DNA of 64,000 bases from NCBI GenBank assembly GCA_001600815.1, contig BCKZ01000004.1:124001-188000 (forward strand). Direction: 5' to 3'. The position numbers and the translations under genes were made by a program. The stretch comes from Alloascoidea hylecoeti (taxonomy: Eukaryota). Shown piece after piece: positions 12,501-22,830 of this stretch (positions within the stretch are counted from its first letter, which is position 1; each line of letters starts with the position of its first letter). A model generated the notes under the pieces. It was not told the origin of the DNA, did no database searches, and saw only the letters and a program-made list of their open reading frames with translations.

Positions 12501-12846
12501 TATGGGTGTCACTGATGCTCTCGTTACCTAGTACTACGGTTTCTTCATTTTCTGTAGTATTAGAATTAGTGGTAGGAACCTTTATACTTTCTAAAAATGA
12601 TTCTTCATCGTGAATATTATTATCTTCTTCATTAGTATCTTTAAGAAGTAGAGAAGAATTGTGTAAGCTGATATTCAACCCATCTTTTGTTTTCATTAGT
12701 TCTTCGTATTCATTAACAAGCAGTGATACTTTAGAATTTGTCATACTCTCTGTTTCTTGGACTTTTTCATTTTCGGCATCAACCTTCTCCTCCGTCGTTT
12801 CAGTTTCCTCTTCTGATGTATTTTTCAATGGTTGCCGAATATCCAT
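6501..12846 (-). CDS. SEC16: COPII coat assembly protein Sec16; two exons (12846-9785, 9732-6501)
   Basis: A 52-nt intron at 9784-9733 (GTAAGA...TACTAAT...TATAG) joins the two track ORFs in frame (PT-S-DVSRKKSSLNYSQ). Acidic disordered N-terminus with DFF motifs, central FPLFSWG/FPGP/ALKYALDGKQWSLAMIL domain, C-terminal RAKLGEKNAFVYDENLKRWINK. Start placed at MDIRQ; an upstream ATG exists at 12954. Confidence 0.9.
9647..10316. repeat. Left arm of a 670-bp inverted repeat (inside SEC16, including the intron)
   Basis: Its reverse complement matches 19718-20387. I saw one mismatch near the end, and both arms have an N at the equivalent position (10019 and 20015). Confidence 0.95.
12399..12463 (-). 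repeat. 18-bp coding tandem repeat x3 in SEC16 (KPTLEA)
   Basis: GGTTTAGCTTCCAGAGTT repeated; protein reads KPTLEAKPTLEAKPTLEAKP. Confidence 0.85.
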
Positions 12847-13189
12847 TATATTTATATTAAATACAGTTCGGATGAAATAATGAATATGGGTCTTAATTGA
12901 AATAGCGTGGCAGAAATAGATTACATCCTTACAACTATCTTCAGAAGAAAGCATAATTATTTATACAAAAAGTTAGTTAATTCTACAACAAAGCTCAATA
13001 ACTTGAAGAACATATTCATTACAACTGAGATCATTTTATTTTAAATTGGGCCATGGATAGAATTTACAGTAGTGCAATTTTGTTAGAATTATGGAGACAG
13101 AAAAGTGACAGAATAGTCTCACGTGGATCAGGAGCATCCCTGCATAAGATCTCACCTCTTGTTGATCTTAAGCTTCTCAAATATTCTCC

Positions 13190-13948
13190 ATGATATTTTT
13201 CACACCGATTGAACCCCTGAAATTCATTGGAACTTACCTAATACTATGTAATACAATGGTGAATTTTACCTTAGCAATCATGAACAATGTTAACTGTAAT
13301 CATGCTGGAATTGAAGCTTTTCCAGCTAATACCACAAAAGCAGAAAACACAATGTTTCAAGAAATCTTCAAAAAATACAACAATGTCGTTGTTTCTACAA
13401 AATACATCCAATGTTCAATTAATCGAATGAGTTATGATGAATATGGTTTTCATTTCTATTTTAATATATACAGCATTATTAATGGTTCTAAAACTACCGC
13501 TGCTGCTACCGATCACACTCATGAGAATGTCTTGTTCGATGATATGATATCAATTAATGAACTTCCAGAAGTGACTATACCCATTTCAAATGCAACGGTT
13601 GATAAAATCAACCTAGAAAGAAAAATAAATACTCTAAGAAATTTAACAAGACATTTTTACAACAAATTAAGTCAAAATCAGAAAGAAGAAACGAGTTCTA
13701 TTTTTGAAACGCAATTTAATTTTCCTACTGGTTTCGTCGATACCCTTATTAATCATAATGATCATAACATTAATATTAATGATACCTTAAAGCCTGGTTG
13801 CTTAAAGGATCTTTGTGCTATAATTTCCTTGATTATTTTAATGATTCACTATTCGTTTGATGCTTATTATTCTCTGTCTCCGTTACAATTATCCATTTCA
13901 CTAATGTTAACAATTATTAAAATGATCATTAAAATTCTTCTATCATAA
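13190..13948 (+). CDS. Orphan protein of up to 252 aa, divergently transcribed from SEC16
   Basis: Long ORF in AT-rich DNA with a hydrophobic C-terminus. No family recognised and the true start is uncertain. Confidence 0.5.
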   Translation: MIFFTPIEPLKFIGTYLILCNTMVNFTLAIMNNVNCNHAGIEAFPANTTKAENTMFQEIFKKYNNVVVSTKYIQCSINRMSYDEYGFHFYFNIYSIINGSKTTAAATDHTHENVLFDDMISINELPEVTIPISNATVDKINLERKINTLRNLTRHFYNKLSQNQKEETSSIFETQFNFPTGFVDTLINHNDHNININDTLKPGCLKDLCAIISLIILMIHYSFDAYYSLSPLQLSISLMLTIIKMIIKILLS

Positions 13949-14870
13949 TATTGACAATTGGTAATCAACTTAAGTATTTTAGATATATGATATAGATATC
14001 AATACATGTATACGTTATAATTACTTCGTTAATTCAGACGATTAAATACTATGGCTATCCTTAGTCTCAAACTACATAGCAAAAGTCTAATTACGAGTTT
14101 AAGCAAACTTAAACCTAATCCTAAAGCTGAAGCGCGTTTAAAAACTTCAATCGGATCTTTCAATACTCGTTCACTAGATTTAATTATTTCTCTTAATAAT
14201 TAACTTATTATGATTATCAGCTATACAATTAAATAACCGTTAATTCAGATTCAGTTAATATTGACACAAAGAAATACATGAACTACCGGTTCAACAAACT
14301 ATGTTGTAGACACATTCAAAAACCTACTATAACTACAGGTTACATATTAGGTAAAATGTTGAAAATTTGGGTAAGCAAAAAATGAATACCTACAATAAGT
14401 TTGTTAGATATCTACGAGTTCTTTGTTATCTTAAATTTATGATTTTATTCAGCTTATCTTCTTTTTTTAATTTTTGAATTCAAATGACTAAATTACTATG
14501 ATACATTATAGAATATTAATTATGTCAAACCTTATAAGCTTAATCAATAGGAATACAAAACTACGATAAGAACTTCTCTAAATATTAAGAACATAAATGG
14601 TAAAGAACTTCCGAAAGGATAAAACTCTGCGATTCACAAGATATTAAATATTTTAAATTAATCATACGGAAATTCAAACTGAACTAATCTAATAGGTGAA
14701 TTTGAAATGTAACAAATCTGAAAGGTATACGTATAGCCTATATTTAAAGTCGATCTATTAATTACGAAGTATTTCTGTTTATATGATATCTATCCCAGAT
14801 CTATAATTTCTATAATTTCAATTTTGATTGCAAATCAATAGTCCCAAGCAACTTCTCTCATACATATCAA

Positions 14871-16382
14871 TCAACGAAGAGTAGTGATACCTAATTGAAT
14901 ATCGTTAACGATATTATTCTCTTTCTTTTTCATAAACAATTTCTTATTTAATTGATTTTTTTTATTATTCCTTTTACTTAATCTTATTAGTTCCTTAACA
15001 AATGTTTCACCCCAATAAGCACTTGTGTATTTTGAAACATATTTGAATAATTTGTCATGATTGCCTATTTTCTTTTCTTCTGGTAATGTAATAGACTCAT
15101 AAAATGCTTCACTTAATTCTTCTGTATTCCATGGATTAACAATAATACTACCATTTAATGATTGAGCTGCACCAGTAAACTCACTTAATATTAGTGATCC
15201 ATTATTATCGTTTTGGCATGCAATATACTCATATGATACTAAATTCATACCATCTCTTGTTGACGAAACACAGCAAACATCACTGATATAATATAGTGCT
15301 ACCAATTCCTCAAAAGTGACGGATTTATGTAGAAAATGTATTGGGACAAATTCAACGGTACCAAACTTACCATTGATTCTACCAACCAATTCGTTAACAA
15401 CCGCTCTTAAGTTTTGATACTCTTCAACATCTCCACGACTTGGAACAGCAACTTGTACCAAAACCACTTTACCAATATATTCTGGATGATCATCAAGAAA
15501 AGTTTCAAAAGCATGTAATTTTTGCGGCACACCTTTAATATAGTCCAATCTATCAACACCAACAATAACTTTGAAACCTTTAAATGTGTCTTGTAAAACA
15601 CTAATTCTTTTTTTAACAATTGGAGTCTTCAAAGCATCAACGAATTTATCAACGTCGATGCCAATTGGATATGCACTAACAACGACATCTCTGCCTTCAT
15701 ATTCAACGCCATTGGGTAATGTATTAACATCCAGAATCCTTGAAACACTAGACAAGAAATGTCTTGCATAGTCATAAGTATGAAAACCAAGTAGATCACA
15801 ACTTAAAACACCTTGTAATATTTCTTTCCTAACAGGTAGAATTCTATAAATCTCAGAAGATGGGAAAGGAGTATGCAAGAACCAACCAAGTTGAACATTC
15901 GATTTAGTTTTACCAATTAAATTTCTTAACATTCTTGGCATCAGCATTAAGTGATAATCATGAATCCAAACCATATCATTATCATCTACAACTTTGAAAA
16001 CTTTTTTGGCAAACTCTTCATTTGCTTTTATGTAAGCCTCCCAAGCTTCTTCATCGAAATCAATTTCACCGGGATGATAATGAAATAAAGGCCATAATAT
16101 AGAGTTACTGAAACCATTATAATGTAGATCAGCAATTGAATCTGACAAGAAAACGGGAATACAGCTAAATTTTTCTAGCAAGTCATTTGATACTTTTTCT
16201 TGTTCATCTTCAGGTATTTCTAATCCTGGCCAGCCAAACCATTTAAAAGATGTTGATTTTTTAAGCCCTTGTAAGGCAGTCACCAACCCACCAGATGACA
16301 TTGAATAAGTGTATTCACCTTTGTCATTACGCTTAATTGTTACTGGAAGACGATTGGAAATTACTAAGACGTTAGCACCCAT
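14871..16382 (-). CDS. TPS1: Trehalose-6-phosphate synthase
   Basis: VISNRLP, SSGGLVTAL, WIHDYHLM, FLHTPFPSSEIYR, GVDRLDYIKG and RDGMNLVSYEY (GT20 motifs). Confidence 0.97.
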   Translation of the reverse strand: MGANVLVISNRLPVTIKRNDKGEYTYSMSSGGLVTALQGLKKSTSFKWFGWPGLEIPEDEQEKVSNDLLEKFSCIPVFLSDSIADLHYNGFSNSILWPLFHYHPGEIDFDEEAWEAYIKANEEFAKKVFKVVDDNDMVWIHDYHLMLMPRMLRNLIGKTKSNVQLGWFLHTPFPSSEIYRILPVRKEILQGVLSCDLLGFHTYDYARHFLSSVSRILDVNTLPNGVEYEGRDVVVSAYPIGIDVDKFVDALKTPIVKKRISVLQDTFKGFKVIVGVDRLDYIKGVPQKLHAFETFLDDHPEYIGKVVLVQVAVPSRGDVEEYQNLRAVVNELVGRINGKFGTVEFVPIHFLHKSVTFEELVALYYISDVCCVSSTRDGMNLVSYEYIACQNDNNGSLILSEFTGAAQSLNGSIIVNPWNTEELSEAFYESITLPEEKKIGNHDKLFKYVSKYTSAYWGETFVKELIRLSKRNNKKNQLNKKLFMKKKENNIVNDIQLGITTLR

Positions 16383-16660
16383 TTTATTTTATAGTTATTA
16401 TGAGAATAAACAACGGAATGTTTTATTTATTTAAGTGAGGTTAGAACAATGGAAGACAATTAAAAAGAAAACAACTGAAAAGGATAAAAAAAAGGATGAA
16501 AGGATCAATTTTTAATTAATAATGACCGAAAATCATTGAAACTAATCTTGTCAATCATTTGTATACCATTATTATAATTGGGGATATTCAACAACATATC
16601 ATCCTTTTTTTCGTTTAACCTTCACCATTTACCAAATAAATGGAATAAATAATAGAATAT

Positions 16661-16692
16661 AATACAATACAATACAATACAATACAATACAA
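16661..16692 (+). repeat. (AATAC)n microsatellite in the TPS1/TFC1 divergent promoter
   Basis: About six perfect AATAC units ending ~20 bp before the TFC1 ATG. Confidence 0.85.
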
Positions 16693-16711
16693 ATAAATAA
16701 CATAAAAAAAG

Positions 16712-18343
16712 ATGAAAGACAAGGCCAAAATATATGATCTTGACCTTCCTTCCCTCTCATCCATTGAGTTTCCATTCATCGTCAAAAATCCTGAAAAGGC
16801 TCTGTTATTAGTTGGAGGATCAACTGCAGTATCAAAAGTATGTTTATATTGAGATGACTATCGTATACATATAACGTCTAACTAACATAACTAATAATAT
16901 CAGAGCATTGCAACACGTGTTCTAGACCAAATAGAGGAACATGGTAAAGATATTGAACTTCGATTTCGTCCAGATGATCCCTTTGAACATCCATTATCTT
17001 CAAGATGTATAGCAAAACAAAATTTATTAATGAAATTAACAATTTCTAAAAAATTATTAAAAGAGGCAAATGGTGATCCACAAAAAGCAATTCAATTATC
17101 AATAAGTAAAAATAAAAATAAAAACAACTATAAAATTCAACCTATTGGTAAAATTGAACGAATTTATAAATTTAGAGAAATTGTCGATTTTCAGTATAAT
17201 GTAAAAAATTCAAAATTTATCAATTCCTCCTTTTTAGGATCAATAACAACTGGAGATTTAGAAAGAATTAAACAAATAGATTTAATGAATCCTCAACAAG
17301 TTAATCAAAATGAACTGGATTTAATTCCACCACCAAAGTTTTCATCATTTGTTCACCCATTTCAGTATAATTATAAACAAACAGGCATGACTATATATGA
17401 AGATGAGCTTGGTATAACGAGGGTACATCGTAGATCACTTGATCATATTAAATCTTATGGTATACTAATTGGGTTCGACGCTTCAAAAGATAGTATTCCA
17501 TCATCTCCATCAAAAGAGTTATTAAAAGAAAATAGAAAACCTAATGGTTTATTAAAAGAATGTATTGAAATAATCAAAGAGTTATTTGAAATTGAACCGA
17601 TTTGGCAAAGAAGGGGAATTATTTTAAAATTAGATTCAAAATATCATCAACATTTAAGATATGCTCTACCATATGTTTCTTATTCATTTAGAAGCGGACC
17701 ATGGCGGGCTAACTTAATAAAATTTGGTATTGATCCAAGATCATCGCCAACTTATGCCAAATATCAATGCGAACATTTCCGTCTTTCAAATGAAGCTGAA
17801 GCTAATTTTGATAAAAGAGTTGCCTCACTAAATATTCATCTATCTAACAATTTATATTTCGATGGTGTTAATCCAACTAAATTACGCTCTTTTATACTAA
17901 AGAATATAACCGATGCAGATGTTACTAAAGTACTAAAGACTTCAAAATTTAATGATGAACCGGATTTAAGAGATGGTTGGTATGATGCCGTTTCACTTAC
18001 AAAAGCTAGGAAAATCATTCAAGCTAAACTGAAAGGTTTTGTTACTGGTATACCTCCTGATCCCATCTACATTAATGATATTATAAATGGCACACGAACA
18101 AGGATATCTAAAGGATCAACAATACATCCAAATACACAATTGTCTTCAGATGAGGATGATAATGGTGATGATGACGACGTTGATGATGATGATGAGTTAG
18201 ATGATGAGCTTGAGTATGACAGCGATGATGATAATAATTTGGAAGAAGACCCCGAGGCAGCAGAACTGGGATCTAATAACGATGATGAAACTGTTGAAGA
18301 TATGGCGATTGATCCAGAACTATTTTTTTATACCAAAAGTTGA
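16712..18343 (+). CDS. TFC1: TFIIIC tau95 subunit; two exons (16712-16837, 16904-18343)
   Basis: Exon 1 reads MKDKAKIYDLDLPSLSSIEFPFIVKNPEKALLLVGG. Intron GTATGT...ACTAAC...CAG is phase 0. Then ELRFRPDDPFEHP, YKFREIVDFQY, YSFRSGPWR..IKFGIDPR, DGWY and an acidic tail. Confidence 0.9.
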
Positions 18344-19479
18344 ATATTTTAATTTTGTTGTAAAAAAACGTGATTATCATCTGTCCTGATCGACATGCTA
18401 GATAATAGACACTATATATTTATCTTTCATGATTGTCTATTGACTTAATGTAAACTAAGATAGCTAGTATAAGCTAACACATATACTCAGTGAATTATAC
18501 ATTGTGTAGTAAGTGTATACATATAGCTTTAACTATAATTTCCCGATATAGTGATTACCGATCAGGACTGATTATCTGATATCTGCATATGCATACATAC
18601 CATCAGTGATTTTAGACACATTCATATGACTTATAATTCATGATTAAATATAAATGAACTTGCAATAGAAATTTGAAATGATAAGCAGATGAAATTAGAA
18701 AAATATACATGTATATGACATTATAGTCGCAAAAAGATAAAAAAGGAGATGAATAGATGAATAGATAAATAGATGAAACATGAAATGAAATATTACCAAA
18801 AGAAAAGAAGTAGAAAAACAACCAACTATAGATCAGCTAGCCATAGCTACATAGTACATGGTACATACACATGTACATTACTATACTGCAAATAAAAAGT
18901 GCTACTTCTTTCAGTCACCATCGAACCATCACTAGTAATTCAAATGGCACATATGATGATACTGACGAATGAGAAAAAGCATGAGAAAAAGCTCATATTC
19001 TCAACTTTTGAATATAACTAACAAATCAAAACGAAATCATATATGAAAAATCCCGGTATTTCAACATCTACTCTAAACCATCATTTCCACCGTAGATTAT
19101 CCAAACAAGACTCTTGCCGAAAACAAATATTTCCATACATTCTTGTGGAGCAGAATCTTATCTAAAAAGGGTTTGTGTAGCTAATCTAAAACGTTTTCTC
19201 TAACAAGAATCTTGGGAATAGAAAACATGATAATCATTAACTTAATCAAAAAATGAAGAAAATCCCTAAAAGTTCCAGAAGAACTTGACCATTATATTTC
19301 TTTGCTAGAATGATAACTTGTTTTTTCTTGTATAAATCGAAACTTGGTATATCTAAAATCTTGATTAAAAGTACACTAATTAATTAAATATAAGTTCAAA
19401 TCTATAAACGGTATGTTCCGTAAGTTTTGTATATTTTCTGCCGGGTTTGGATGGATGTCCCATATAAGTTATACGACAT

Positions 19480-20387
19480 GCAACCAACACCCCGAAATAC
19501 ATATTTCATCCGTCATAGAGCGGGAACAGATAATATTATAATGGACCCCAGAGACTAGAAATTCCTAATTATAAAATGCATGAAGTAACTTCAGAAGTTG
19601 TAATAGATCAATTATTTAGGAATTAATTGGTTTAATTGAGCCACCAATAGGTAACGAAAATATCGAGAGGTGAAGAAGCTATAAAAGCACTAACGAAAAC
19701 AGAAAAAATTACAACTTTGACAACAAATAATGGAGACGTTTTTGAAAGTTTATCAAATCAAAAAGATGAAATAAAGAATATTCCATCAAAAGAAACATCT
19801 TTATCTGCACCTTTTGGAACTTCTAATAATGATAGTGATTTTTTCCTATCAGTTTTGAATCAATCTATTCCCGATTCCTTTACAAAAGTTGATAATAACC
19901 CAACCATAAATGATTCAAATAATGGTGATTCCATTCACGTTAAATCTAATCAACCAAAAGAAAGTGGAGCAGTGGTTAATGACCCATTCAGTGAAATATT
20001 TGCTAATGATGATGNATTCTCAGACATCGAAGACAGTATAACAAAAAACAAAGGTGATAATTTTTCCTTTCTAGATGCCGACGATGATATATTAGATGAT
20101 GATTTATTAGATGATGATTTAAATGAAAATCATCCATATAATCAACATAATAATGATAAAATGAGTCAATCATTCGCTTTCCTTGAAAGTGATGATGATT
20201 TATTACCCGATGAATTTGAAGAAAAAGTACCAGTGATTAATCCAACGAGGTAAGAATTTTATTTTATTTTACTTTAATGTTAATACTAATTGGCTGTATA
20301 GTGATGTTTCACGAAAGAAGAGTAGTTTGAACTATTCACAAAAAACGAATCAACTCGAAAGCCCATACCCAGGTGGAATAAGCTCCG
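19480..20387 (+). pseudogene. Partial inverted SEC16 duplicate: decayed part (~19480-19717) plus near-identical 670-bp arm (19718-20387)
   Basis: 19480-19655 aligns by eye, with many indels and substitutions, to the reverse complement of ~11390-11555 (ccaacaccccgaaat, ttcatccgtca.agagcgggaa, ctagaaattcct, aacttcagaa, aatagatcaat). 19681-19707 matches ~10364-10390. The remainder matches 9647-10316. Confidence 0.9.
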
Positions 20388-21089
20388 GGAAAGCAAACGC
20401 TGATATAAAATCGCAATTAATGGACTAATTATGACTAAATAAATTTAAGCGCTAGACCGTAGCTTTAACTAACACAAAACAAATATAATGGGTATTTACA
20501 GAATGAAAATGAATTGTGGTTTGATATTTTTGTATATTAACATCGTTTGTTTTATGTTCCATTAGTAAACTGACTACAATTAATGTATAATGTTTGAATC
20601 AATAATATGTCTCTATGTGAAAGAAACATTTTGATCCAGATGCTAGACATAATCGTAAATGTTATATATCAGGAAATTTACAAGCATCATAATTGAAATT
20701 AGAAGGAATCCGTTGCAACCTCCAGAAATGGCAAAATTAGTACAAGATAAGATTGAACAGATCCACGCGCTTCCTTGATTTTTCTTAATAATCCTTTGAA
20801 AAAGAAGTGGCAAAACGTCTAGTCGGTTCAAAATAACTACTAATAATATACCAATTACTAAAATTAGTTTGAACTCGAAGATATCAACCTCATATACAAG
20901 ATGTCAACATGTTCAACTCTCCTAATTAAGCTTTACGTTTATAAATGATAACTACGAGCACTATGCTAGGTTGAAAATAATAATTAAGCCTTGGTTTAGT
21001 TAAGAATCTACGACGACTACTATGAAGTTACTGTTTACAATTGGCCAATAGATGGAGTAAAACATTTTATATGCATATAGCTGAAGTAA

Positions 21090-21400
21090 GTAAGAGATGA
21101 TCAGGAATCCTCATAACATAATATAACTGTATGTGGCTGATGATGTAGAAGTGAAAGTTCATTAAATGATATACAGATATAGTTATAGTATATCCACAAT
21201 AAATACAGTTCATAGTATGGCAGAGATCATGTACAGCTAAAAAGTTCAGAATATTTTTCAATTTGATTGTACAAAATCTAACTTTTATATTGTGATGATA
21301 CATCAAAATTGCATAGCCATTCTCTTTTGAATGTTTGCCATGATTCTAATTGGTTGAAAAACTTTCCAATTGAGTTGTAATTGAAATAAATTCAAATTTA
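21090..21400 (-). mobile_element. Possible degenerate Ty3/gypsy gag relic
   Basis: A stop-interrupted frame reads ESWQTFKREWLCNF...IEKYSELF...HHQPHTV, loosely like retrotransposon capsid motifs. Weak. Confidence 0.25.
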
Positions 21401-22039
21401 TCATTGTCTTAATTACCGGTATAAGCTTTGTCGTTAAAGATAAATCATTAAGAATAACTGCATTTAGTAATAGTCAAAATAAAAATAAAGATAATTCAAA
21501 TGATTGGTTACAATGGAAATTTAAAAAGCACAAAATTTAGTATTTGAATAGGATGATTCGTGAAAACAATTAGATAATAATAGATCTATATATATAAAAC
21601 ATAATATGAGGCAATTCTTTTATAATCAACACTAAATATTAATTTATATTATATTAGCTTACAATTTGGCATTTTAATAGCAGATTTAAATAACATGTAA
21701 TATCTTTTTTAAAGATATAAAGCTAAATTTATTGTGAAGACTATTTAATTACTATGAAACTATCTAAAACTTAAACTAAAGGGAAATCTGAAGGGTATTT
21801 ATATATATATATCGATCGGACATGCAAATATTACCATAGACCATTCTAACTAGTAGTTTCTAACTAGTACTTCAACATTACTTCGTTAAAGAAGGTTCTA
21901 ATAATCCAATATTATAATACTCAACTATAATACATAATATAAATAATATCTCTTTTTGTAATGTTGAGAAATCAGTTGCCGTAAAATATCAAAAGTTTAA
22001 AAGTTAGTTATAATTTATAATATAAGATTTAATATGAAA

Positions 22040-22624
22040 TAATTACCTTCTTTTTTGAAGTAGTTCCACTATTATATAAACTTAATTGATCATTATTATC
22101 AATTGATGATAAACTTGTTCTTGGATTAACCCTACTAGGAATTGGTGAATAACCATCAACATCATGTGTAACAAATTGACGTCTTGTTTGTGGTGCAAAA
22201 AAATTAATATTTTCTTTATTATTATTACTTTTTTCATCAACTTGTATTGAAACATCTCTATATTGTTTTGAAAGATAAAAAATCTTTCAATTATTAAATG
22301 TTCAAAATAAATTGTTATTGTAACTAATGAAACCATTAATTGAATTGATAAATTTTTTGCCATTGGTATGAATTGGTGAAAAAGTAATTGTTAAATATAA
22401 ACTAAATTATGAGGGATTCCACCCCAAAACTCTTATTTGCCAAATTTGTCTTTGTTTTGGTTTTGTGGTTGAGGTGTTTGTGCTTTTATATTTTCATCAT
22501 TATCATCTTTTTAGATCTTCTTCTAAAAATTGGAGAATTGAGAAATCCTTCTAAATGGAAAATCTGTCGAAGATGGTTGAATTGCTTCTGAATTATCAAG
22601 ATCAACTATTGATGCTGATGGTGA
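22040..22624 (-). pseudogene. NUR1/Mug154-like 3' gene fragment
   Basis: Broken frames read SSPSASIVDLD, GWNPS*FSLYLTITFSPIH, a TM-like segment and QYRDVSIQ, resembling the Nur1/Mug154 WDPxxFxL..FSP and RDVxTQ motifs. No 5' part; it abuts the RFA1 3' fragment. Confidence 0.55.
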
Positions 22625-22826
22625 ACTTTATGAATGTGATGTAATATATACTCGCAGCACCGGTATATTTCAGTATCAACGTTTTCAAATATTCACTCTT
22701 TAGAATAATCAATATTATGGATATCAGTTACTAGATAACCAAATCTATCTTTCCCTCTACAATTTTCTCTTATTCTAAATATTAATTCTTTACCATGTTG
22801 ATCAATACATAATTGTTCAATAATTT
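22625..22826 (-). repeat. Second RFA1-like 3'-end fragment; diverged direct repeat of 24964-25139
   Basis: Translates IIEQLCIDQHGKELIFRIR..RGKDRFGYLVTDIHNIDYSKE and shares long blocks (ctcgcagcac, atttcagtatcaacgttttcaaatattcac, ttctaaatattaattctttaccatgttg) with 24964-25139. Confidence 0.9.
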
Positions 22827-22830
22827 ATTT

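Noticed and set aside
10317..19717. Mating-type genes inside the inverted repeat
   Set aside because: I could not find alpha-box, HMG-box or homeodomain motifs. Small intron-split genes could have been missed by eye.
19717..20253. 178-aa ORF as an independent gene
   Set aside because: It starts at TTG, is a copy of internal SEC16 sequence, and ends at the stop inside the copied intron donor.
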